The position numbers were made by a program, and so were the translations under genes. Below are positions 18,140-27,713 of a stretch of 64,000 nt of DNA, piece by piece. Source of the DNA: an uncultured Verrucomicrobiae bacterium. GTDB taxonomy: Bacteria > Verrucomicrobiota > Verrucomicrobiia > Chthoniobacterales > UBA10450. Position 1 is the stretch's first letter. Each line of letters opens with the position of its first letter. Location of the stretch: contig CAWDGJ010000002.1 of the NCBI GenBank assembly GCA_963801815.1, forward strand, positions 192,001-256,000, read 5' to 3'. Below the pieces are notes generated by a model, which saw only the letters and a program-made list of their open reading frames with translations, was not told the origin of the DNA and ran no database searches.

Positions 18140-19689
18140 CTACTGCGACAAGTCCGGACGCTGCTGCTCAAACGCTCCGTTGCCCTGATCCAGATAAATT
18201 GTTCCTTCGACTCGCGAAATCGCGAGGTGCTGTCGCCAGGTCCCACCGGGAAACTTTTTGCTGGCCCCAAGGGTTTCCGTTTCCGATTTGGGATTCCATC
18301 CACTCTTCATCGCTTCCGAAAGAACGCGCCCATCCATTTTCGAGGGCGACTGGATTCCAAGAATAGACAGAACCGTCGGTGCAATGTCGACATTCCCGCT
18401 CGGCGCGTCAGTTGTTAGGCCGTTTTGAAAATCCGGTCCGGCGGTAATTAGCGTATTATGCATATCGTAGCGACTCAACGTTGCGTGTGTCCCCTTTCCG
18501 GCTGCGCGTTGCCAGTCGGCGTCTATCATTCCTGGAACGCCAAATTGATTCTTGTTTTCGGTCCAGCGAAAAGCCATCACCACGTCGGCCGCGTACCGAA
18601 TCATCAATCTTGGCTCGATCAAGTGTGAACGTTCCTTCCATCGGCTGGCGCGTGAAAATCACGCCGGCGAAATCTGTTTGTTGCAGAAATTCTGCCAGCC
18701 GCCGCGTGACCGCTCCGTCGTGACCGATCACGTAAAATAGAACCGGTGCCGCCGTTGCCAGCCAACATGATCTGGCCCGGTTTGGGTTCGCCATCGAACT
18801 CCGTGACCGCATCGAAGCCGGCTTCCTTCAGAATTTTTGGCAACTCAATTTCACGCGCGATGGTTGAAAAACCGTGATCGGACACGACAAACACGTCAGT
18901 TGTCGACCTTGCGTTATGTTGATCGAGGGTGTTTAAGACTCGCGCGAGATTTTCGTCGCTCGATTTGATTGCAGCCAACGCGGGCGGGGCGCCGGGAGCC
19001 GTTTTATGTTCGGTGTCGTCCGGTTCGCTCAGCCAGAGCACCGAAAAAGTAGGAATGCCGTCCCGCCACATAAAATCAGTAAGCGCTTTCGTGGTCCACG
19101 TGTCTCGGGCCGCGGCCTCGGTCGCGGGTGGAAAAATTCCGAGCGATTTAAAAATAAATTGGACCGAATCGGGGATCAGCGCTTCCCCGGCGTACAAATC
19201 GTAATTACCCGCATGTGTGCCATGTCGGTCGAACAACAGTCCGACCGTTTTTGCCGTCGCGATCGCCGTTTTGTCGCCCTTGGCGTGAAGTAATTCTGCG
19301 ATGGTTGGGGCTCCGAGATATTTCCCGTCCGAGAGTTGGTCGGCTTTGCGAACAACCTGCCCGTTGTCGACATCGATGGATTTTTGGCCATCGAGGTCTG
19401 CGCGATAAGCATGGTTCGCGAGGATTCCGCCGTGATTCGGATAATCGCCGGTGTTGATTGCGGTCCCATTCACAATCGTAGCGCTTGGATAGACAGAATG
19501 ATTGTTTCGAAAAACCACTCCGGTTTTGGCCAGCTTCCAAAGCGTCGGAGTATTCTCCTCGCTCACAAAATCGGGACGCATTCCGTCCCAAACCACAACC
19601 ACAACGTGTTTTTCGGGAGCGGCCGCCGCGATAGCGACCGAGGTCGCGGAAAAAAATATCAAAAACAATCGCGTCACCCGCGCTGGCAT
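18140..19689 (-). CDS. Alkaline phosphatase superfamily / nucleotide pyrophosphatase-phosphodiesterase (two +1 frameshifts near 18743 and 18596)
   Basis: VVVVWDGMRPD, PSATIVN, EPDDTEH, VVSDHGF, GTHATLSRYDMH, DIAPT across ORFs 18619-19689, 18456-18812 and 18140-18622. Confidence 0.85.
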
Positions 19690-19758
19690 CGGGCAATCTT
19701 AATTGGAATTAGGAAGCACGCGATTGAACTTTCGTTACGTGTGTGTGTCTCATCGACA

Positions 19759-20760
19759 GTGAAATTCTTCGCACTCGCCATTTCCGTTGCGTCGCTGGCC
19801 AGCGTCTCCGCCGCGCCTTTGTTTCCCAGCGCGCAGGGAACGACGTGGGATTATGAGTTCATTCAGGAGAAACCGAGCGACAGCCTCGACCTCACGGAAC
19901 CGAATAAGCAGGAGCACTTTGCGGTAACTTATCGCCTCGGCCGCGTCGAGAAGATCGACAACAGGGACTTGCAGCGACTCGAGCTTTATCGCGGCGAAAC
20001 CCTCGAAAGCGTGGATCTAATCGCGGTCGAAGAGCATGGCATCATTTGTCCGGCACGCGCGGACGCTCAAGGTGCGGTCGTTAAATTGATTCCGCCGCAG
20101 CAAATGCTCGCCACTCCGCTGGAAAAAGGAAAGCACTGGAAGTTCGACGGCACGATTGCGGATAGGAAAGTGGTCCAGGAATACCAAATCGTTGGCGAAG
20201 AAGACATCCAGGTTCCAGCCGGAAAATTTCACGCCTGGCGTATCCACTGTGAACAAACATCGCCCGCGAAGGCGACGATCGATCGATGGTTCGTGCCCGG
20301 AACAGGTTTTGTGAAGGTAGACACTGTAGTGAGGGGTGAGTCTGGTGTCGCGGCCCAGAAAACCTGGATGAATCTGAAGGAACTGCCCAAAGTAATCCCG
20401 GCATCGCAAAAGGATGTCGAGTCTGAACCGTACAGATTTTCGGCGGGCGTATCGACCGAGCCGACGGGCGAATTCAAAAGCGATTTGAAACTGGATTTTC
20501 CCGCAGTCTACGCGCGCTGGCATGGACGCGACTTACGCGACCATGCAAAGATCCGCGCGGTTTTCATCGCCGAAAGTGTTGCCGAGGTCGCTGCGAATTC
20601 TCAGATCGACGAGCTGGAGACGACCGCGCCTGCCACGAATTCCGGCGGCACATTCACGCTTTCCCGGCCCAACGACGGCTGGGATCCCGGCAATTATCGC
20701 CTCGAATTTTACGTAGACGACACGCTCGCGGACACGGTGAAGTTTAAGATTGTTAAGTAA
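19759..20760 (+). CDS. Secreted two-domain hypothetical protein
   Basis: GTG start giving signal peptide MKFFALAISVASLASVSA; IQVPAGKF motif; Ig-like C-terminus (PGNYRLEFYVDD). Confidence 0.7.
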   Translation: MKFFALAISVASLASVSAAPLFPSAQGTTWDYEFIQEKPSDSLDLTEPNKQEHFAVTYRLGRVEKIDNRDLQRLELYRGETLESVDLIAVEEHGIICPARADAQGAVVKLIPPQQMLATPLEKGKHWKFDGTIADRKVVQEYQIVGEEDIQVPAGKFHAWRIHCEQTSPAKATIDRWFVPGTGFVKVDTVVRGESGVAAQKTWMNLKELPKVIPASQKDVESEPYRFSAGVSTEPTGEFKSDLKLDFPAVYARWHGRDLRDHAKIRAVFIAESVAEVAANSQIDELETTAPATNSGGTFTLSRPNDGWDPGNYRLEFYVDDTLADTVKFKIVK

Positions 20761-20844
20761 CGGCCCCCTCCCGGCCTGGGTTACACTGGAAATTCTTGAA
20801 TCCAAACCGAAGGCTTGTTTCATCTCACCTGACAACCACACCTC

Positions 20845-21489
20845 ATGAAAAAGCTTAGCGTCTCTCTCTTCTTAGGATTGCTCCTCATCGCGGGCTGCCA
20901 CGTCGGCGGTATTATGGGCAACGGTCATGTCGTAACCGACACCCGCCCCATCACTGATTTTTCCGAGATCGAAGCCGACGGCGGCTTCCAGATCGAATGG
21001 CGGAGCGGGCCGCCATCGCTCAGCATTACGACGGACGAAAACCTTCTCCAACATATCACCAACGAAAACATCGATCATCAGCTGCGGCTGCATTCCCGCG
21101 GTAACCTTTGGTCGACACACGGCGTGAAAGTTGTGGTCTCGAGTACAACTCGGACCGGCGCACGCCTCACTGGCGCGGCCCGCCTGACCGCTAAACAACT
21201 TTCCGGTCATAGTTTCGCCATTGAGTCGACCGGTGCGGCGAAAGTCGAGCTCGACGGCAACATCGACGAGCTAGTGACCGACATGACCGGCGCGAGCAAG
21301 CTGGACGCGGAATCACTTCAAACAAAGACCGCCGAGATTTCTTCAACCGGCGCGTCGAAGGCCGAGGTTGCCGTCAGCGAAACATTGAAGGTATCGATCA
21401 CCGGGGCCGGCAAAGTGGTTTACTCGGGTAATCCGGCAACGATCCAGAAAACCATTAGCGGCGCCGGATCAATTCATCACAAAGACTGA
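20845..21489 (+). CDS. DUF2807 / head GIN-domain lipoprotein
   Basis: Lipobox LIAGC, GNGHVVT, DENLL, repeated TGAA/TGAS beta-helix motifs, SGAGSI. Confidence 0.85.
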   Translation: MKKLSVSLFLGLLLIAGCHVGGIMGNGHVVTDTRPITDFSEIEADGGFQIEWRSGPPSLSITTDENLLQHITNENIDHQLRLHSRGNLWSTHGVKVVVSSTTRTGARLTGAARLTAKQLSGHSFAIESTGAAKVELDGNIDELVTDMTGASKLDAESLQTKTAEISSTGASKAEVAVSETLKVSITGAGKVVYSGNPATIQKTISGAGSIHHKD

Positions 21490-21543
21490 ATTTATGTCAC
21501 TCATTCTCGTTCTTTGGGTTTTGATTCAGAACGCCAGCGTGAA

Positions 21544-22983
21544 TTAGTCGCGGCGATCCAGTTCGCGCGCGAATTTATCCAGGCGCTCGATTGTTCCGAC
21601 GATGTCCTGTTCGGTCGTGCGTGGATTGATCGTGCACAGACGAAGCGAGGCGACCCCGCGAAGCTCAGTCGAGGTCAACAGGGCGTAACCATCGCGCATC
21701 ATAATATCGACAAGTTGCGTTTGAAGCTCATCGCTTTCGCCAAATCGAAAACAAACCGTGGCCATTTGCGCCGGCGAAAGAATTTCCCAGCCCTTACGGG
21801 CGCGCAGCTCACGCTCCGCTATTTCGGCCAGTTCGAATCCCCGCGCGATCGCATCGCGAAATGCGGACAGGCCGAATGTTTGCAGCGACAACCAGACCTT
21901 TAATGCGCGAAAGCTTCGGCTGAGCTGTACGCCGTGGTCGCCGGGATTAAATTCCGCCGCGTTGCGATGCACGTCCCGTAAGTAATCCGGCTTAATTTGG
22001 AATGCCGATTTCAAAAGCGCGACATCGCGAACTAGAACGCATCCGCATTCGAAGGATTGAAAAAGCCATTTGTGTGGATCGAGCGAAATGGAGTCCGCAC
22101 GCTCGATTCCGCGCATAAGGGCGCGTCCGCGTTCGGACAAAATCGCTGCTGCGCCGAACGCGCCGTCGACGTGCAACCACATTTTTTCAGCGTGAGCGAC
22201 GTCCGCTAGCTCGATCAGTGGATCAACCGCTCCAGTATTGGTGGTACCCGCGTTCGCCACGATGCAAAAAGGCCGCAATCCTTCCGCACGATCGGCCCTG
22301 ATCGCTTCGCGCAAGTCCTGAACGGGCAATCGGAAATTGTCATCACTTGGGAGTTTCCGCATCTGTTCGCGGAGAAAGCCAATCACGTGAAGCGCGCGCT
22401 GAACGGACGAATGCGTTTGATCGGAGAAATAAACCGTTGCCCGGTCGATACGGTCCTGAAGCAATGCGCTACGAGCCGCAACCAATGCGGTCAGGTTGGC
22501 CATCGACCCGCCGCTAACAAACAGGCCGCCGGCGGATTCTTGAAATCCGCACGTTCGAGAAAGCCATCGCACAATTCCAAGTTCGACCGCCGCCGCGGCT
22601 GAGCCGCCAAGCCACGTGCCGTTGAAAACATTGAACCCGGCGGCGAGCGCGTCCGCCATCGTGCTCACAAAATTGTTCGGACCGGGAACGAACGCGAAAA
22701 AGCGAGGATGATCGACATGCAGGTTATTTGGAAAAACGTCACGCTTCAGCTGCGCGAGAATCTCGTCAGGATTGCGACCAGTTTCCGGCGGATCGCAGTC
22801 GAACAACGGAACCAGCTTGGCCGGATCGCCTTTTGAACCGACCGGTTCGCTTTCCAGATTGGCAAAGTGATCGACCAGCAAATCGACAACCCGATATCCA
22901 AATTCGCGCATTTCGTCGGACGAGAGCGCGATGCGGGATCGATCAATTGAGGAGGTCTTTTTCTCCTTTTTCAATGGAAGCAA
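21544..22983 (-). CDS. PLP-dependent group II (aromatic-L-amino-acid-type) decarboxylase; start uncertain
   Basis: HPRFFAF, SGGSMANL, AGTTNTGAVDPL, WLHVDGAFG, DPHKW. Confidence 0.92.
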   Translation of the reverse strand: MLPLKKEKKTSSIDRSRIALSSDEMREFGYRVVDLLVDHFANLESEPVGSKGDPAKLVPLFDCDPPETGRNPDEILAQLKRDVFPNNLHVDHPRFFAFVPGPNNFVSTMADALAAGFNVFNGTWLGGSAAAAVELGIVRWLSRTCGFQESAGGLFVSGGSMANLTALVAARSALLQDRIDRATVYFSDQTHSSVQRALHVIGFLREQMRKLPSDDNFRLPVQDLREAIRADRAEGLRPFCIVANAGTTNTGAVDPLIELADVAHAEKMWLHVDGAFGAAAILSERGRALMRGIERADSISLDPHKWLFQSFECGCVLVRDVALLKSAFQIKPDYLRDVHRNAAEFNPGDHGVQLSRSFRALKVWLSLQTFGLSAFRDAIARGFELAEIAERELRARKGWEILSPAQMATVCFRFGESDELQTQLVDIMMRDGYALLTSTELRGVASLRLCTINPRTTEQDIVGTIERLDKFARELDRRD

Positions 22984-23031
22984 AAATGAGTAATGAAGTG
23001 ACCGCAGAAAATTGGTGATTACAATGTCGAA

Positions 23032-23430
23032 ATGAGCGCTGACACACTTTGCTGGGCTGATATCCCGGTCACGAATCTCGATCGTGCGATCAAATTCTAT
23101 TCAGCGGTGCTCGGCAAAGAGGTAAGGAAGTTATCGGAAGGTGGTATGCAATATGGCCTCCTGCCGCATGGCGAAGGAAATTCGTCGGCTTGTCTTTGCC
23201 TTCGCAGCGACAGCGGCGGGGTCGATAATCGTCCCTCGGCAAACGGTCCACTGATCTACCTTTTGGTCGAAGGGCGTCTCGATCAGGCAGTGGAAGTTGC
23301 ACGCAAGAACGGCGGAAAAGTCCTGCGTGCGCGACAACAGATCGGTGAGCACGGATTTCGTGCAGTCATTATAGATTCCGAAGGCAACCGAATCGCGCTC
23401 CACACCTCTGCCGCAGGTAGTGGCGACTGA
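23032..23430 (+). CDS. VOC (glyoxalase/bleomycin resistance) family protein
   Basis: DIPVTNLDRAIKFY, GPLIY, NGGKVL, DSEGNRIALH. Confidence 0.9.
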   Translation: MSADTLCWADIPVTNLDRAIKFYSAVLGKEVRKLSEGGMQYGLLPHGEGNSSACLCLRSDSGGVDNRPSANGPLIYLLVEGRLDQAVEVARKNGGKVLRARQQIGEHGFRAVIIDSEGNRIALHTSAAGSGD

Positions 23431-23451
23431 CCTCAATATCGCAAAGCAGAA

Positions 23452-24078
23452 ATGTTCGGAATTCACGATTTTGGATTGTTTCTCGCGGCGGGGATCTTGT
23501 TGAATCTGACACCGGGACCCGACACGGTATACATTCTAGGCCGCAGCATTGCCCAAGGGCGCGAAGCGGGAATTGTATCTGCGCTCGGAATTTCAGTCGG
23601 CAGTATTTTCCACACATCCGCTGCCGCGCTCGGGTTGTCGGCAATTCTGGCAACGTCGGCGCTCGCTTTCGGCACAATCAAGTTGATCGGCGGCGCATAT
23701 CTGATTTTTCTAGGAATCAAAATGATTCTCGACCGGCGGAGAGAGTTGAGCTTGCCGTTGCACTTTCGCCGCCGAACAACCCTCGCAGCGTTTCGCCAGG
23801 GAATCCTGACCAACATACTCAATCCCAAGGTCGCCTTGTTTTTCCTCGCGTTCCTCCCGCAGTTCATTGACCCGGCATCGAAAGCCAAGGTGCTCGCGTT
23901 TCTTCTACTCGGTTTCACTTTCGTAACGACCGGCACGATTTGGTGTCTCGTGCTGGCGTGGTTTGCGTCCGCTTTTAGCGAGCGATTGCGCAAGAGCGAA
24001 ATAATCTCGCAATGGCTCAATCGCACTGCCGGCGCGCTTTTTGTCTTTCTCGGCCTCCGGCTCGCGACCACAAACTGA
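23452..24078 (+). CDS. LysE/RhtB family exporter
   Basis: LTPGPD, GGAYLIFLG, FRQGILTNILNPK, FLPQF. Confidence 0.92.
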   Translation: MFGIHDFGLFLAAGILLNLTPGPDTVYILGRSIAQGREAGIVSALGISVGSIFHTSAAALGLSAILATSALAFGTIKLIGGAYLIFLGIKMILDRRRELSLPLHFRRRTTLAAFRQGILTNILNPKVALFFLAFLPQFIDPASKAKVLAFLLLGFTFVTTGTIWCLVLAWFASAFSERLRKSEIISQWLNRTAGALFVFLGLRLATTN

Positions 24079-24090
24079 CAGGTCGACCAA

Positions 24091-24780
24091 ATGCCAGAAC
24101 ACGGTCTCGACACCAAAGTTAAACTGGGCATCTACGCTATCACCGCCGAGACCGGCCGTGTTCCAAATTCCTCCGAGCTCTCGCGAAAAATCGACGTCGA
24201 AGAGAAAGAAATCCTCGAAGCGTTCAAGAGATTGCATGCGAAACGACTTCTGCTCCCCGAACCGAACGATCCGACCCGGATCCGAATGGCGCCCCCGTTC
24301 TCGGGAATTCCGACGAAGTTCCCAGTGGAAGCCAATGGCAAACAGTATTACGCCAATTGTGTTTGGGACGCGTACGGCATCGCCGCCGCCTTGCATTGCG
24401 ATGCGATCAGTCACGCATCCGACGGCCATACCGGCGAACCGCTGACTCTCGAAGTGAAGAGTCTCGCGCCTGTGTTGAAACCGTACGTCGCGCATTTCGC
24501 TGTTCCCGCCGCACATTGGTGGGACGATCTCGTTTTTACGTGAGCGACCATGCTCCTCTTCCGGTCGGAAGAGACAGTGAACGAGTGGTGCGCGGCGAAT
24601 AATATCGCGCGACGTCCGTTGGTCAGTCTGGAGCAGTTATGGCAACTGGCTGTCCATTGGTACGCAAATCGGCTTACCGTCGAATCGCGCCGGCCTGGTC
24701 CGGATGAAATGGTTTCGATCTTCGCCTCGCTTGGATTAACTGGACCTTTCTGGGATCCAAAATCGAATCAGTGGCGCTGA
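24091..24780 (+). CDS. merB: MerB-like organomercurial lyase, predicted selenoprotein (UGA at 24541-24543 = Sec151; 229 aa)
   Basis: N-terminal HTH-like segment, APPFSGIPT, YANCVWD (C90/D93, matching MerB C96/D99), WWDDLVFT-[TGA]-ATMLLFRSEE with the TGA at the second-Cys position; the downstream ORF is in frame; SECIS-like hairpin follows. Confidence 0.8.
24556..24573 (+). promoter_or_regulatory. Bacterial SECIS-like element
   Basis: Perfect 7-bp stem CTCTTCC-GGTC-GGAAGAG; the apical loop starts with G at the 20th nt after the UGA. Confidence 0.75.
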
Positions 24781-24914
24781 CTCGATTTCGTAAATTGAAC
24801 TCGCGCACGGATCTTGTCGGGACGAGATGCTGTAAAATCAAATTTTCTCGAGTAGGCGATCGTCGATCTTCGAACCAGTCTTGTTCTTGTAATTAATCAG
24901 TCGAAGACTAAACC

Positions 24915-24992
24915 ATGAAGACACAAAAACTATTCACCGTCGCCGCGATCAGTGCTGGACTCGCCTTTGGCCTGACCGCGTATGGACATTAA
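24915..24992 (+). other. 25-aa signal-peptide-only ORF (gene remnant or small peptide)
   Basis: MKTQKLFTVAAISAGLAFGLTAYGH*, 10 nt upstream of the YncE-like gene. Confidence 0.45.
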
Positions 24993-25002
24993 GTAACATG
25001 AA

Positions 25003-26034
25003 ATGAACACAATCTTCCTCGCTTGCGCGTTTTATTGCGCAAGCATCATCGGCGCGTTCGCGAGTGAGCCGTACCAATTTGTAAACGAAATCCCGATTGG
25101 TGGGGAAGGCGGTTGGGACATTCTGACGATCGATTCGAATCGTCTTTATCTGTCACACGCAACCAAGGTTGTCGTGGTCGATCTTAATAAGAACGCGGTT
25201 GCCGGAGAGATTGTCGACACCCCTGGCGTTCACGGGTTTGTAGCAGTTCCCGAATTCCAGTGCGGCTTTTCGTCGAATGGAAAAGAAAACAAATCGAGCG
25301 TGGTCGATCTGGGAACGCTCAAGACCATTTCAAAGATCGACACCGGCGAAAGTCCGGATGCAATTGTTTACGAGCCGCGTCATGGCGAAGTTTACGTTTT
25401 CAATCACCGCGGAAATTCGGCCACTGTAATCGATGCCAAAACGAAGAAGGTCGTCGCGACGATTGTGCTCGAAGGAAATCCGGAGTTTGCCGCGGTCGAT
25501 GCAGCAGCGGGCCGGATATACTGCAACCTTGAAGATAAGAGCGAAGTCGCAGCAATCGACACCGCGAAACACGAAGTGGTTGCGAACTGGCCGATCGCCC
25601 CCGGCGAAGGCCCAAGCGGAATCGCGCTGGACGCGCCGCATCACCGATTGTTCTGCGGTTGTCACAACAAAACGATGGTAATGCTCAACACCCAGACGGG
25701 GAAAGCTATCGCCAATATTCCGATCGGTGCGGGCGTTGACGGATGCGCATTTGATGACGCAACCCAGCTTGCGTTCGCATCGTGCGGTGACGGCACGACG
25801 ACAATCGCGAAAGAAGAAGCGCCGGACAAACTGACCGTCGTCCAGACTTTGAAGACCGAACGGGGGGCACGCACGATGGAGATCGATCCAAAGACACACC
25901 GGATTTATTTGCCGACGGCGCAATTTCAGCCTGCGCCCTCACCTTCTCCGGGCGCATCTCCAGCCCGGCCGACGATTGTTCCGAACACGTTAAAGCTTTT
26001 GGTTTACGGCCCAGCAGAATCGGCGAAGCATTAA
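25003..26034 (+). CDS. YncE/YVTN-type beta-propeller periplasmic protein
   Basis: Signal peptide, GGEGGWDIL, DTPGVHG, repeated VID..T..VVA blades, GARTM. Confidence 0.88.
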   Translation: MNTIFLACAFYCASIIGAFASEPYQFVNEIPIGGEGGWDILTIDSNRLYLSHATKVVVVDLNKNAVAGEIVDTPGVHGFVAVPEFQCGFSSNGKENKSSVVDLGTLKTISKIDTGESPDAIVYEPRHGEVYVFNHRGNSATVIDAKTKKVVATIVLEGNPEFAAVDAAAGRIYCNLEDKSEVAAIDTAKHEVVANWPIAPGEGPSGIALDAPHHRLFCGCHNKTMVMLNTQTGKAIANIPIGAGVDGCAFDDATQLAFASCGDGTTTIAKEEAPDKLTVVQTLKTERGARTMEIDPKTHRIYLPTAQFQPAPSPSPGASPARPTIVPNTLKLLVYGPAESAKH

Positions 26035-26037
26035 TTC

Positions 26038-26778
26038 GTGCGACGATTAGCGATTGCGGCGTTGCTCGCCTGCGCGGCGCGAACCGCATTTGCTCAAGGC
26101 GGTCCGCCGATGATCACCGATGATCCGGGCACGCCGGGGCCCGGGAAGTGGGAAAACAACATCGCACTCACACTAGAACACCGGTCGACCGAAACGTCGC
26201 TCGATCTGCCCCAGCTCGATTTGAATTACGGAGTCGGCGACAAAGTTCAGCTCACGCTCCAGACCGCGCCGGTGTTACTGAAACGCGAAGATCATGGTCC
26301 GATTGGCGGACTCGGAGGGACAGAGACCGCGTTGAAGTGGCGATTTCTCGCTGAAAAAGAGAATGGCTTCGACGTATCGATGTTTCCGCGCGTGATCTTC
26401 AACATTGCACAATCATCAGTGCACCGCGGTCTGGCCGATCCCGGCACGCGTTTTCAAATTCCGTTCCAAATCGCAAAGACCTGCGGCCGATTTCATGCGG
26501 ACACAGAGTTCGGCCCGGTTGGCATCAGCGTTGGCCGAAGCGAATGGCTCTACGGCTTCGTCGGCGGTTACGACGTGGCGAAACCCACGATGTTAATGGC
26601 GGAACTACACGGCACGTCCCGCATGAATTTCACTCGTGACACCTTGACCGTGAATTTTGGACTCCGCCACGAGATCACGGAAACGCGTATCCTGATTCTG
26701 TCGGTCGGTCACGACATTCGAGCGGACGATGAGGCGACGGCGTTGATCGGTTACTTTGGAATGCAGTTGCTCTACTGA
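26038..26778 (+). CDS. Outer-membrane beta-barrel transporter (MetA-pathway-like)
   Basis: Signal peptide, GGPPMITDDPGTP, DLNYGVG, amphipathic beta strands, terminal Tyr. Confidence 0.72.
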   Translation: MRRLAIAALLACAARTAFAQGGPPMITDDPGTPGPGKWENNIALTLEHRSTETSLDLPQLDLNYGVGDKVQLTLQTAPVLLKREDHGPIGGLGGTETALKWRFLAEKENGFDVSMFPRVIFNIAQSSVHRGLADPGTRFQIPFQIAKTCGRFHADTEFGPVGISVGRSEWLYGFVGGYDVAKPTMLMAELHGTSRMNFTRDTLTVNFGLRHEITETRILILSVGHDIRADDEATALIGYFGMQLLY

Positions 26779-26783
26779 ATGAG

Positions 26784-27569
26784 TCAGTGCGCTTTTGAAG
26801 CTGGCTTTTGTCGGAAAATCAGGATCAGCGCGACGACCACCACGAGCAGCGCGAGAGACGCGGTGTAACGACCCAGAGCCAGTCCTCCCTGTGCGATGGG
26901 CTTATCAAGAAAATCGCCGACCACGGCTCCGAGCGGGCGAGTCAAAATGAATGCAACCCAAAACAAAATAACGCGCGACAAGCCGGTGAAGTAATAAAGA
27001 AGAGCGGTCACCAGGAGTAGACCGCCGAAAACGCCAGCAGCGCCGACATAGCCCATGTCATTCGTGTCCGCGACCCAGTCACCGAGGGCCGTGCCGAGGG
27101 TCTGCGAGAACATGATTGTCACCCAGTAAAAGATTTCGACCTTCGGCGTATTCACGGTTTCGATTGATATGCTTCCGGTCGCCCATCGCCAGATCAAAAG
27201 GGATGCGATGACGAGAATGACCAATACGGTCGAACCGCCGGTATAACCGATGCCAAGCGATCGGTCGCAATAATCGGCCAGCGTCGTGCCGAGTGTCGTC
27301 GTCGCAACGATTGTTAACCAGTAGACGAACGGGTGAAATTTCTTCGCCTTTATCTGCACGAGCACCGCGGCAATGAAAATCACGCCGAAGATAGCCGTGC
27401 CGATAAGATAGCCAGTGCCCTTGGCGTCCGCTGTCGTCTCACCGAGCCACGACATGGTGACAGCGTCTCCGCCGGTTTCGCCGAGGGTCGTGCAGAGGAT
27501 CTTGATGATCCAGAAACCAAGCGTGACTTGGGGAACTTTGCTCAAAACATTCTGGTCGCGAGTATGCAT
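26784..27569 (-). CDS. DUF347 (COG4705) membrane protein
   Basis: SKVPQVTLGFWIIKILCTTLGETGGD, TLGTALGD, FILTRPLGA. Confidence 0.9.
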   Translation of the reverse strand: MHTRDQNVLSKVPQVTLGFWIIKILCTTLGETGGDAVTMSWLGETTADAKGTGYLIGTAIFGVIFIAAVLVQIKAKKFHPFVYWLTIVATTTLGTTLADYCDRSLGIGYTGGSTVLVILVIASLLIWRWATGSISIETVNTPKVEIFYWVTIMFSQTLGTALGDWVADTNDMGYVGAAGVFGGLLLVTALLYYFTGLSRVILFWVAFILTRPLGAVVGDFLDKPIAQGGLALGRYTASLALLVVVVALILIFRQKPASKAH

Positions 27570-27713
27570 CGTGGTTTTCGGTCGACTGCGCCGAACAAAC
27601 AAATTGCAGCGGACTGGAGAATTGAAACCTGTAAAGTGATATCGCCGCTGCGCGGCCAAGCAGTTGCCGTCGAATGAAATCGAAACTTCGGCGCTTGTGA
27701 ACCGGAATCTTTT

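Noticed and set aside
19336..19758. N-terminal 141 aa of the 474-aa ORF
   Set aside because: Overlaps the phosphodiesterase gene on the other strand; a signal peptide begins at the GTG at 19759.
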